A stretch of 63,222 bases of DNA, the filler included, from Chrysochromulina tobinii (Eukaryota), in NCBI GenBank assembly GCA_001275005.1. It is 6 parts of 6 records of this genome, joined end to end, with 100 filler letters (N's around TTAATTAATTAA, not from the genome) between each part and the next. Parts side by side here need not be neighbours in the genome. Positions count along the whole stretch, not along the records: positions 1 to 12,625 come from JWZX01000569.1; 5 more parts are not named here. One strand, 5' to 3'. The position numbers and the translations under genes are program-made. Below, one piece after another: positions 1-10,604 of the stretch. Under the pieces are notes generated by a model. The model was not told the origin of the DNA. It saw only the letters and a program-made list of their open reading frames with translations, and made no database searches. Each line of letters starts with the position of its first letter. Position 1 is the first letter of the stretch.

Positions 1-924
1 GGCTGTGATGGCGGCGGGGGCGGCGGGTATGGATGAGATGCCGAGGCTGTCCAGAAGCTCCTTCCGTTTGGCATCAAACTCGGCCTTGGAGATGAGCTCT
101 TCCTCAAAGAGCTCCTTGAGCTGCAGCAGGCGCTCTCGTGGAGTCGGGATGGTGCTCAACACGGCGCTCGGCACCGAGGGGGGCGGCGCCGTCGCGGGCA
201 TGGGCGCCGTCGCGGGCATGGGGGCCGGCGGCGCGGCGCTCGTCGCGATAGCCGAGGCCGAGGCCAGCCCAATGGCACTCCACGACCCGTTTGGCGACAG
301 TGTGCCCGACGGTGTGCCCATCGGCACATATGGGGGGGCGACCATTGGGGGGGCGACCATTGGGGGGGCGAGCTCATACCGCGAGGCAGGGGCCGCGAGG
401 GGCGCCGTGATGGGCGCCTCTGGGGGCCTCGAGGGCGAGGGGAAGACGGGCGTCGCGAACTGGGTCGTCCAGTCGAGGGCGCTGGGCGTGCTGCCATGCT
501 CAAACGAGATGAGGTCGGAGCTCTGCCGCGACGCTGGCGGTGGCGTCGCCACCTCGGCGTCGTTGCTCAGGGAGAACAGTGGCGCTGATCCTGTGGCGGC
601 CTGAGGGGTGCGAGCGACGGTGGAGGCGAAGGAGGGGGGCGCGCTCATAGCCGGTATTGACGAAGCGCTGAGCAGCGCCGTGGCGGGCGGGGCCACGGGC
701 GGTGGCATGGCGGCACCAGCGCCAGCACGAGCAGCACCCATGCCATTCTCGATGCCAATCTCCGCTCCAATGTGAGGCCAATCCGAGCTGCTCCCGGGGC
801 GAGCGCCGTGGTGAGCGCTCTCGGGGCGAGCGCCGTGGTGAGCGCTCTCGGGGCGAGCGGTCTGTCCGGGGCGCGGCTGCAGTAGACTGGGGCGGCTGGC
901 ACCCAAGTTGGAGGCGGTGGCGGC

Positions 925-959
<35 letters not shown>

Positions 960-2228
960 GCCCTCCGTCGTGAGCGCCGTAGGGAGCGTGGGCGCCGTAG
1001 TGAGCTCCGCAGCACGCCGCATCTCCGGCAGCGAGATACCCTCGAGATAGAGGAGCCGTTGGCGTCACGGCGGGGTAGGCTGGAGGCGCCGCGGCGGGTG
1101 GCGGCATGTACCCCCCGCCCCGCACCGTCTGCGCGGTTGCCACCATCGACGGCGGCGGGGCTGCCAATGGTGACATCGCCGACGCCGCGCGCGGCGGGGG
1201 CGGCGGCTGTTGAGAGGGTGCGCCGTGTTGAGCGGGTGCGCCGTGTTGAGCGGGTGCGCCGGCGGCGCTCGCTGCCGTGGACTCTTCCAGGGACTCTCGC
1301 ATGGCCCAAGCGAGCTGCTCTTCTTCACTCATGACAGCAGGAGGCGACCGGCCGATGGCGCCGTGGTGAGCGGTCGCGGGCGGTTCGGGCGCCGTGGTGA
1401 GCGAGGGCGAGTCCGCTCGGCGGAGGGCGGAGCGGAGCGGAACGCGTGCCGTTGGCGCAGGGTAGGCCGGCGGCGGCGGCGCCGTGGTGAGCACTTGCAT
1501 GCTCGCTGGCCGCGCCGGATCGGGCGGAGGCGGAGGCGGAGTCAGTTCCCGATACGTGGTGGCAGAGCTGAGCACTTGTAAGCAGCGGTCCGCGATGTCC
1601 GCGATGTCGTTGGTCGAGAGGCCAGCCGTATTTGGGTCCTCACCCAGCATCGCCGCCGCCTGCTTCACCACCTCCGCAGGGGTGCCTCGCAGCCCGAGCT
1701 CGTACCGCAGGTACGCCACCTTCGCTTCCAGATCTTCCACAGGCTTCGAAGGCGTCTCGGGTCTCGTCAATGCTTCCACAGGCTTCGAAAGCGTCTCGGG
1801 TCTCGTCTCGACTCGGGGGGGTGGTGCGCGCACGCCTCCTTGGCTCATCGAGAGCGACTCTCGGAGCGCGAGCTGCAGCATGGCTTCCTCGTCGACGTCG
1901 GCCTCGGACGGCATACGTGGTGGCGCCGCCGAGTACTGCGGTGGCGGCGCCGAGTACGGCGGTGGCGGCGGCGCGGAAGGGGGGTTAGCAGCAGAAGTTC
2001 GCACGAGTGACGAAACCGAATAGGCTGGCGCAGGCGCGGCTGCTGCGCGAGGTGCCTGGAACGAAGGATACGCCGGCGCATTGGACGGTGGGGCGCTCGG
2101 CGGCACCGTCGGAGGAGCGCTGCTGCGGCGCCCGAACGACGGTAGGAGTGACGTCCTCGTTGGCGCTGCACGTGGTGCCACAGCGGGAGCTGCGGTGTAA
2201 GCCGGCGGTGACGGCGCGGCGCCACCCC

Positions 2229-2267
<39 letters not shown>

Positions 2268-2469
2268 CACCACCCGTGCTCTCTCTCATCGCCCACGCGA
2301 GCTGCTCCTCCTCAGACATTCCTGACGAAGGCAGGGCCGATGAGGCTTGCTGGCTCTGGCGCGCGGCGCCATTGCCGCCGGCTCCCATCGATTCACGCAT
2401 GGCCCACGCAAGCTGCTGCTCCTCCGACATGGTCGCGGGCGGACTCTGCTGCTGCGTTCGCACACTCAT
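1..2469 (-). CDS. Low-complexity protein with four ubiquitin-interacting motifs (UIM) and a SHOCT-like domain; 3' end runs off the window
   Basis: Not in the ORF track, which implies no stop within the window. Manual translation of the minus frame from ATG 2469 gives MSEEQQLAWAMRESM (~2385-2430), MSEEEQLAWAMREST (~2275-2319), DEEAMLQLALRESL (~1855-1895), MSEEEQLAWAMRESLEE (~1282-1332) and ERLLQLKELFEEELISKAEFDAKRKELL (~52-135). Upstream in-frame TAG at ~2593. Confidence 0.75.
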
Positions 2470-2787
2470 CACGGCCCTCTTCCGAGAAAAAGGCAAGCTT
2501 TCTAAGATGCACGATGCGCGACTCGGCTGCAGGTCCTGGAAGTTATTTGCGGGGCTGCCGGAATTCCAAGAAGAAAGGTCAGTCAATCGATTCTAATACA
2601 TGTAGAATTCACTTTGCCGCTTGACCCCAGTTTACGCACCCTGACGTTTTCTTGGAACGTGTTCACGTTCACACGGGTTTCCTGTCAATGTATCGCTCCG
2701 AACGCCGTCTCTCGGGCGGGGCTCTCGCACCGCTTCACGCTTTGCTTCACGTTCACCGTTGCTGCCCGTAAGGCGCGCACGTAGCTC

Positions 2788-3615
2788 ATGGCGGCGAGTA
2801 TGAGAAAGTGGGAGGCCCAGGTCAAATTGCAAACGCTCCACCAGACGGTCGTCGAGCTCGCAGACGGCGCGCCGCTCGGCCTCAAGTTTGATGACAAGCT
2901 GTTTGTCACCTCTGTTGATGAGAACATGGCCTTGCGCGTCGCCGTCGGGTGGCGGCTCCTCGCACTGAATGGGCGCGATCTCAGGGCCGCGAGCAAGGAG
3001 ACTGCCGAGAAGGAGCTCGCCGAGCGCGCGGGGACCGAACAGTCCCTTCTCTTTCAGATGCCAGTGCCTGCGGAGATCAAGCCCAACGCGGATGGCTACG
3101 TCGTCGTCAAAGCACCGCCCGGTGCCCTTGGAATCTTGTTGAGCGAGCCGCAAGGGACGCGCGGCCCGATCCTGGGCGAGGTCATGCTCGCCTCACCCAT
3201 CGCGGGCAGAGTGCGAGTGGGCATGATCCTGTGCGCCATCGACGGCATCGACCTCTCAACGCTGGACCACGACCAGGCGGCGGCGCTGCTGCGCGAGCGC
3301 GCGAAGCAGCCCGAGCGCGAGCTCACGCTGGCCTTTCCGGAGCCTGAGAGAGATGGCCACCTCTTCTGCATCGCTCTCCTGATCGCCCTCGTCATCGTCT
3401 GCCTTGTCGCGGCTGGCCTCTACTACTATTGGCACATGGGCAACGAGAGGAAGCGACTGGCTGATGAGGCGCTGCGCAAGGCGGTGAACGCGCTGGCGGG
3501 CAGCAGGCCTTGGCTCTCGCATGACTTTATACGTGCGGTCGTCATTCCAGCGCTCCGCACGGGCACGCCGCTCGCACGCCCTGCGGACCATGGGGCGAGC
3601 TGTGGCAAAAAATGA
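2788..3615 (+). CDS. PDZ-like domain protein with a C-terminal transmembrane helix
   Basis: APPGALGILL...SPIAGRVRVGMILCAIDGIDL...DHDQAAALLR is PDZ-like, with a weaker N-terminal copy (APLGLKF...VGWRLLALNG). Hydrophobic segment LFCIALLIALVIVCLVAAGLYYYW. Confidence 0.65.
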   Translation: MAASMRKWEAQVKLQTLHQTVVELADGAPLGLKFDDKLFVTSVDENMALRVAVGWRLLALNGRDLRAASKETAEKELAERAGTEQSLLFQMPVPAEIKPNADGYVVVKAPPGALGILLSEPQGTRGPILGEVMLASPIAGRVRVGMILCAIDGIDLSTLDHDQAAALLRERAKQPERELTLAFPEPERDGHLFCIALLIALVIVCLVAAGLYYYWHMGNERKRLADEALRKAVNALAGSRPWLSHDFIRAVVIPALRTGTPLARPADHGASCGKK

Positions 3616-4055
3616 GGGAGCAGTTGTGGCTCAAGAGTCAGAGCAGATCATCCGGAACCATCCGAGCGGGAGCCCAGGCGCAGCCAACCGCCACGCCCAC
3701 GACCAATGTGCGCACAGTGCACACGCACCTTCACACTGTCCGCATGTCCCGGGGTACAATGGTAGGCGGTAGCGGCGGTATACGGTACCTACGCCCGGAA
3801 CTGGTGGCGGACCTGAGTGGCCGTCAAGTGGCCGAACGTCGAACCCGTTCACAGTGTAAACGACAGCCTCTGACACTATCTGACACACGCTTGGCATCCA
3901 TCAGAAGCAAGTTTGGCTCTTCGCTCTACGGTGGCTTAAGGCGTAAACCGGGCGGCTCCGGCACATAGTCATAGATATCCACGAGGGCTCTACATATCTC
4001 CACCGACTCACATCGGCTCGACTGCCAGGCTCGACGATCGCGCCTTATTTTGCGT

Positions 4056-5264
4056 TCATTGAAGTCGTTCATACCAGCCCGAGGTGCGCGCGGGCGCGGC
4101 CGTGGGTGGTGGAGCCATGCGCACCTCCGAAGCGAGTCCGCCCCACAATCGAGCAAGCCGATGGCCCCACGCCCCACGCCCAAACCGCTCCACCTGTAAG
4201 AAGCCAACGACAAGGTAGCGAGAGCCCGCCGTGATAGCCTCACCTGAGTGCTCCACGGCGCCGCCGTGCACAAGAGCATGGCCCTTGGGGGTGTGAATGA
4301 TCCGATGGCCCTTGGGGGTGTGACTGATCGGGGGATGAATGTGGATCCGATGGCCCTTGGGGGGCGGGGGGATGATCGACCCCTCTTGAAGCCGCTTGAA
4401 GCCGGTGCCGCCTCCCGAAAAGTCGATCGACGGAGTGCTCAGCGCCAAATTGAAGGAGACATGATGGCCATCCCGGTGCATGTCGAGGCTCGGCTGCCGT
4501 TCTGGCAGATAGCGAACGATGAAGCCGTCGCGGAGCGTGATGTTACACGCCGTCGGTGAGCCGCAAAAGTGGCTCGAGATGAAGGGATACAGTTCTGCCT
4601 CAAGGTGCGCCGCGAGTATGGCGGCGGCGTGAGGCACCTGGCTCAGTGGCACATCCTCGGTGGCATAGTGCCGGTGGCGCCCGGTGTCCCATCCTCGACC
4701 GTGGGAGGTCACTCGCTCTGCTGCGCTCACGATCGCATCACATTCGTTGCTTGTAAGCAGTGGGACGACGTGGATGGTGGCCGTGCGGTTCGCAGGCAGG
4801 AACGACGCGGCCAGAAGCCCGACGAACAGGACGCCAAGGTAGATGGCCATGAAGCTCTTCATGGCCTCCTTGGCAGGCGTGGCCGCCGCGCCCGTGGACC
4901 ATCGCCATCGAATGCAGGCGCCCAAGATTGCTGCGGCGCCCATTGCGGCGGCGGCCACCCCGCGTGATGCCTCGTCCTCCACCGCATATCGCTTGGAAGC
5001 AAAGAAGAGCTCTCGTGCCAGCTCGATGCCTTCGCCACCCACCTTGTCGGAAATCGAAGACAGCTTGAGAATGAAGATGACGCCGATGGAGATGACCCCC
5101 ACATGTTGAAATAACGCCGGCTGAGCCGGCTTTCGCGGCGGTGTGCTGCGATCACGTGCGGCGGCTTCTGCAGCTGCGCGGTCCTTGCTGGCCAGCGCCA
5201 TCTTGCGGCCCGCAAGTGCAAGTGACCAGGAAAGGTGGGTCAAGATGTCCTGCAAAACCATCAT
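4056..5264 (-). CDS. 2OG-Fe(II) oxygenase (prolyl/lysyl hydroxylase-like) with N-terminal membrane segments; start uncertain
   Basis: FIVRY...LDMHRD (HxD), SFNLAL, DFSGGGTGF, EHSGEAITAGSRYLVVGF (distal His and Arg). Confidence 0.8.
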   Translation of the reverse strand: MMVLQDILTHLSWSLALAGRKMALASKDRAAAEAAARDRSTPPRKPAQPALFQHVGVISIGVIFILKLSSISDKVGGEGIELARELFFASKRYAVEDEASRGVAAAAMGAAAILGACIRWRWSTGAAATPAKEAMKSFMAIYLGVLFVGLLAASFLPANRTATIHVVPLLTSNECDAIVSAAERVTSHGRGWDTGRHRHYATEDVPLSQVPHAAAILAAHLEAELYPFISSHFCGSPTACNITLRDGFIVRYLPERQPSLDMHRDGHHVSFNLALSTPSIDFSGGGTGFKRLQEGSIIPPPPKGHRIHIHPPISHTPKGHRIIHTPKGHALVHGGAVEHSGEAITAGSRYLVVGFLQVERFGRGAWGHRLARLWGGLASEVRMAPPPTAAPARTSGWYERLQ

Positions 5265-5662
5265 CTTGGAGGAATTCGGCCCTGAGATCGGCCATTTTTC
5301 GCGAAGTGAAAGTCATGTCAAGTCAAGTCTGTTCAAGTCTGTCAAGTCATCCCTTCCACCACAGCTGGCTTCCGGTGCACTCGTTCGATTTAGGCTGCAT
5401 CTTCCCGGCTTTCCGTGTGATTGTCAACCGTTGTCTGAAGTCTGTTTTTAATGTGTTTGGACAGTGTTTGGACTTCAGATTGCGGAGTGCAGCGCAGCGT
5501 CAAAGTTCGGTTTCGGAAGAGACCGATCGAAATCGCGAAGCACCTCGCGGGACGGCGTTTTTGAACTCGTCGATGCGCCCAATAAGGCGCGCCGTCGTTA
5601 GGGTGACTCAAGCCCCGCAAGGCTCGGCGCAGCAGGCTTGCACTCGCAGTCGCGGAGCAGTC

Positions 5663-6838
5663 ATGGACATGGGCGCGGAGGCTGGCAACTACAAGGGCGT
5701 GATGCTTTGCAACCGGCCCATGGACCAGCCATCGAAGCCGGGACCCGCTCTCTCGGCACCGGAGAAGCCGCCCTTCCGGCCATCGGGTGTGGGTGGCGAG
5801 CCGGCTGGCCTCAACCCGGCGAAGGAGAATCTGATCTCGAACATGAATGCCGTCAAGGACGAGGCGATGCGGCGGCGTATCGAGGACGGCCCCGCGCAGG
5901 GCCCGGTCAGCTTCCTGAGCAAGCACCGCAAGTGGCTCGCGGAGATGGCGCGCAAGAAGGCTAACCTCAACGAAGAGCTCAAGAGGTCGGCCCAGGGGGC
6001 AGAGCAGAAGCGGTCGCGCTTCGTGGCGTACACGCGCGAGATGCGCCAGGCCGTGCGCGAGCGCGCGATGGAGCTGCAGGAGCAGGGCCTCGAGTACGCC
6101 GCGTCGTCAGCAGCGCTGCCACAAAAGCAGCAGCAGCATCAGCAGCATTACGAGGAGGAGGAGGAGCCGGAGCCGGCGCCGCCGCCCAAGCCGAAGCCGA
6201 AGGCTGCTGCGGCGCCGGCGAAGCCTAAGTGGGCCATGACCGAGGACGAGGCCGACATTATGGATGACGCCGAGGCCGCCGAGCTCGTCGACTTCGCGGC
6301 AAGCCTCGACTACGACTCGTATATTGACGACCTCGAGGTGCGCCAGGCTCTCAATGTGATCCGTGAGCGCATCGATGGGCAGAAGGCGCTTGAGGCGGCG
6401 GCCGCGGCGGCCGAGGAGGCGGCCAGCACGAGCGGCGACTGGCGCTCGTCATTCCTAAAGGAGTGGAACGGTGCCGACGACGACGGCGCTGGCAGCGTTC
6501 GCTCGTCACGACGCGCGCCTGTCCCGGCGGCGGAAGCGACTGGCGACGAAGGGAAGCCCGAGTGGGACGCGTCGACGCGCGCGGGCGAGGAGGGTGCGCC
6601 GCGCGCCAACGCGAGCGCGCGCGCCGCCGCCGAGCAACTTCGGCGTGAGAACCCAAATTTGGCACAGAAGCACTCGGTTTCGTCACTCGCGCGCGTCGTC
6701 GAGCGCGCCGAGATGGGCATAGAGCACCTGCCACCGCTGCGCGTGGTGACGGTGATCGAGAACCCGAGGGTCGCATCGAAGGGTGGCCACGTCGACCCGT
6801 CCAACCTGCCCTACCTCCACCGCAACCCCGCCGTCTGA
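5663..6838 (+). CDS. Uncharacterised coiled-coil protein
   Basis: Long ORF with GC3-rich codons from ATG 5663 (MDMGAEAGNYKGVMLCNRP). Ordered-looking blocks KPKWAMTE, LDYDSYIDDLEVRQAL and C-terminal PSNLPYLHRNPAV. No function recognised. Confidence 0.7.
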   Translation: MDMGAEAGNYKGVMLCNRPMDQPSKPGPALSAPEKPPFRPSGVGGEPAGLNPAKENLISNMNAVKDEAMRRRIEDGPAQGPVSFLSKHRKWLAEMARKKANLNEELKRSAQGAEQKRSRFVAYTREMRQAVRERAMELQEQGLEYAASSAALPQKQQQHQQHYEEEEEPEPAPPPKPKPKAAAAPAKPKWAMTEDEADIMDDAEAAELVDFAASLDYDSYIDDLEVRQALNVIRERIDGQKALEAAAAAAEEAASTSGDWRSSFLKEWNGADDDGAGSVRSSRRAPVPAAEATGDEGKPEWDASTRAGEEGAPRANASARAAAEQLRRENPNLAQKHSVSSLARVVERAEMGIEHLPPLRVVTVIENPRVASKGGHVDPSNLPYLHRNPAV

Positions 6839-7663
6839 GTATCCGAGGGAGGCGGCGGCGGAGGTGGCGGCCCGGCCGCGGCAGCCGTGTGCGTGGGTGA
6901 GATGTGCTAAGGGCAGCTGGCGGGCTTGCGGGGTGAGCGCTGCGGTGAGCGATCAAGCTTGGCGTGAGGCCGCACAGTCGTCATTGGGAATCGGGCGTGC
7001 ATGCATGGCCGCATGCAGGTTAAGATGCGAGGGGCGGGCAGTCACTCAGTTTGTGTGCCGTGCGCGGCTGTCGATGTGGCTCAGATGCCAGATGCGCCGC
7101 CGCGCGGTGGGCGAGGAAAATTCACTTCACAACTTGTCGAGTCATACATTTTTGAGTTATTCGACCGAAATTCGACCGGGTCCGGGTAAGGTCCGGGAGC
7201 AGGCCGGGTCCCGCGCGGGCCCGGTCGCCCCCCGTCGGGCGGCCCGGACCGGCGGAGTGGGCCAGCGTCCCGCCGCCGTTAACGGCGGAACGGGTCCTGC
7301 GCGCTGCGCCCCTCGGTCGCTCGGTCGGGTCGCGCCGCTCGCCGCCGGACGGCCGGAGCGCGTCGAGGCTAGAGGGCTCGAGGCTGCAGCGGGCTCGCGC
7401 GTCGCGCGCTCGGAGGACGCGCCGGCGGGGGGACGCCGCGGTCCGGTACCGGGCCCGTTCGGGCTGCCGGCCGGACACTCGACAGCCGACCGCTCTCGAC
7501 TCTCCTGGAGCGGCCCCCCGACCCGTACGCCCCCCCCTAAGCTATACACGCTACTGGCTACAGCCATACATGCATTCACCATACACTCTGAAGCCGACCG
7601 TACACGCGGCGTCCAACTGTAGCTAAGATGATAGATGCACAGTAGTGCAGACCGCATGGTCCT

Positions 7664-9345
7664 CTAGCCCGGTGGAGCGCCCTTCTTACCACCGGGCGCG
7701 TCCTTACATAGCCGATCGTACACGGCGTAGCTGATGCTCGTCGCTGGGAGTACCTTGAGCAGATTGGGGAGCAGCCCCTGATAGAGCGCGCTAAACCCTC
7801 CCGCACGGACCGCCTGCCGGACGACGTCGAGCGGGCCGGCGTACTCGGTCGTACCGGGCATTCCGGAGGCCTGCAAGCGGGTGCGCACCAGGTTGATCGG
7901 ATAGGTGCACAGCATGGCCATTGTCGAGGAGATCATTCCGCACGCGAGCACCGCGCTCACGCCCGGCTCCTCCCCCCGCGCCGAGTAGACTCGGGACGCG
8001 ACGTCCTTTAAAGCCGAGTTCACAGCGAGGTCGATCCCGGCGTAGGGCACGATGCCGATGACGGAGGTGCCAAGCCCCTTGTAGAGAGCGCCCACGCCCT
8101 CACGCTGCACGACCGAGCGCAGGCAGTCGAGAAGACCCGCGTACACGCCCGGCGCCGCGATCGCCAGCCGTGTCTTGCAGATCTCAAGGGGGTACACGGC
8201 CACCTGGCCGATCGCAAGCAGTGGCAAGCAGTGGCAATCAGTGGCAATCAGTGGCAATCAGTGGCACTCAGTGGCACTCAGTGGCAAGTGGGTACACGGC
8301 CACCTGGCCGATCGCCATCAGTGGTCATCAGTGGTCATCAGTGGTCATCAGTGCTCATCAGTGCTCATCAGTGCTCATCAGTGCTCATCAGTGCTCATCA
8401 GTGCTCATCAGTGCTCATCAGTGCTCATCAGTACACGGCCACCTGTCCGATCGCCCCGGCCCCTCCGCCCGCGACGAAGCGCTCCGCGCCGGTGGGGTTG
8501 CCGCGGTCGCGCGCGATGTAGCCCTTGAGGAGGTCGAAGCTGATGAACTTGATGGACGTTTCGGGAGCGATCTTGAGCACGTTGGCCGTGTTGCCGCGGA
8601 AGAAGGCGCTCATGCCGCCCTCAGCATAGATGCTACGAAGCCCGGCGAGCATGCCTCTCGATGGCTGGCCTGGCGGCGACGCTTGCATGAGCGTTTTCAG
8701 TCGATCGAGTGGCGCCGTCGCGGTGCGGCTGATGCCGCCGGCAACGGAGCCCGAGTACGCCTTGAACGCGAGGGTCGCCAGCAGAGTCTTGCGCTCGCTG
8801 CTGCTCACCACCTCGGCCGCGGGCGAGTACTCTGACTGGGAGCCTTCAACGTAGCCCATGCTCAGTGCCTCGAAGGTCGCCTGCGGATTGACCGCAGGCA
8901 GCAGCAGCAGAAAGAGGCAAAAGTTCTCGAAGGGGATGACGCCATCGCTCTCCTCCTGCGCCTGATTAAGGAGCGAACGCAGCTGCGACGACGAGATCGA
9001 AAAGCCGAGGTGATGAGCAGCTGAGCGCAGCTCGGCCGCAGTGAGCCGGCCGTCGCCATTTTCATCGACGGTTTGGTAAACGCTTCGGCACTCCTCAACA
9101 CGTTCGATGGCAAATTTGCGGTACTCCTCCTCACCAATGACCCCGTCACCGTCGACGTCGACGCGACGAAAAAATCGTTCGATGTCGTCTTTCGAGCAAG
9201 GCAAGCCTCGCCCCCTCAAGCCTTCAGCGACCTCCTCCTTGGAGAGCGTGCCGCTGCGGCTTGAGTCCAAACGAAAGAACTCGTGCTCAAGCTTTGTGCT
9301 AAGTGTGGGTTCGCCGCGGGTCCTGGGTGCTGGCAGCGGCGACAT
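7664..9345 (-). CDS. Calcium-binding mitochondrial carrier (SCaMC / ATP-Mg/Pi carrier type); exons 9345-8443 and 8203-7664
   Basis: N-terminal EF-hands (DVDGDGVIGEEE, DENGDGRLTAAE) and three carrier signatures PLDRLK, PLEICKTR, PINLVRTR. Removing a phase-0 GT-AG intron (8442-8204) joins the two ORFs in frame (~480 aa). Confidence 0.92.
8204..8442 (-). repeat. Intron filled with 10-bp tandem repeats (TGATGAGCAC, TGATTGCCAC) and copies of the exon junction
   Basis: Direct reading; GT at 8442-8441 and AG at 8205-8204. Confidence 0.9.
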
Positions 9346-9741
9346 TGTGGCGTTCCTGGGGAACGAGAGATGGAACGAGCACTTCCTGTGAACAGCTGTA
9401 TACTTGAGACTTGCCTTTGAGTCCGTTCTGAGTCCTGCCGTCCGTAAGATTATTCAATCTGGTTACGAAACTTAATTGCCTAATTCGGAAACGGCGTGTG
9501 CTCGCCATTGGTTCGCCAGTGGTGGACTGAAAGTGTGCGCTGACGCTCGAGGGGGTGCAAGCGCCACTGCCTGCGGCGCCACTGCCTGTGCCACTGCCTG
9601 CGGCGTGCACGCGCCTTCGCCTTCGCACGAGCGCAGCGGCAACGCCCAAGACCCCTTTGGAACTTGATGCGTCCGTGCTTCAGTTGAGTGGCTCTCTGTC
9701 GCCACTCTGTCGCAGACACGCCATCTACTCTACCCGACACC

Positions 9742-10302
9742 ATGCTCGCCTTATTCATGATCGGCTCGATGGCGCAGGCCGACTGGTCTTACATGTGTCT
9801 CGGAGCGACGCACGGCTGCATCCTAGCGCAGCATGTCGGCGGTCTCGGTGATGATGGTTTCTACGCGAATCTGACGGACTGCGAGTACCGCTGCCCACAG
9901 ATTGGCAAAGACCTGTCGTGGGAGTGCGCCGACTCGGGGAATTGCTTGGTGGCCTCTCAGCCGCCCGACGGCGTCAACTACTTCTCGACGTTCACCAACT
10001 GCGCCAACGCGCCGGGCGGCAAGTGCTTCGCTCCGGGCAGCATGACGCTTTCGTATGAGTGCCAAGGGGCTCACTTCGGCTGTGTGCCCAAGCAGGAGAA
10101 GCCCGATGAGATTACGAAGTTCGCGAGCATTGACGACTGTGAGATGAAGTGCCATGTCGTCCCATCCGGCATGGCCTTTGGCTGCGCGGGCTCGCGTCCC
10201 ACGAGCTGCGTGCTCTTGGCACAGGCTCCGAACCCACAGGCTCACCTCTTCCCTGGCGTTGAGGGTTGCAACGACTGGTGCAACGGAGCCCCCGGCGCAT
10301 AA
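9742..10302 (+). CDS. Small secreted cysteine-rich protein with four ~45-aa 4-Cys repeats
   Basis: Signal-like MLALFMIGSMAQA, then four units of the form C-x5-7-C...(F/Y)...C-x3-7-C. Confidence 0.7.
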   Translation: MLALFMIGSMAQADWSYMCLGATHGCILAQHVGGLGDDGFYANLTDCEYRCPQIGKDLSWECADSGNCLVASQPPDGVNYFSTFTNCANAPGGKCFAPGSMTLSYECQGAHFGCVPKQEKPDEITKFASIDDCEMKCHVVPSGMAFGCAGSRPTSCVLLAQAPNPQAHLFPGVEGCNDWCNGAPGA

Positions 10303-10604
10303 AGACTTGATCAAGACCAAACTTCGACACCATGGGCGGCTCTGCTCCAATGGGAAGACCGAGAGTCCACGGCCCGCTCAACCCGTCGACTCAACCCGCG
10401 AGCGAGGCGGCCGCCCGCCGCCGACAGCCCCAGCCCGCGACGAACGTCGGGCGCGAGCGTGACTAGATTACGGGTTAGCGTCTCGACTTTGTGACGGTAC
10501 ATGTAGTGTTGATCATGATTCGTGTTCAATCCTTCATCTTCCTCTTCGAATGCCGTTTCGGCGCGTTGTGTCAAGCGCCGACGTCGACAGAGAGGACCCT
10601 TCCA

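Noticed and set aside
7160..7545. Very GC-rich, CCGG-rich intergenic stretch as a possible MITE or structured RNA
   Set aside because: I could not identify terminal inverted repeats, a target-site duplication or a second copy.
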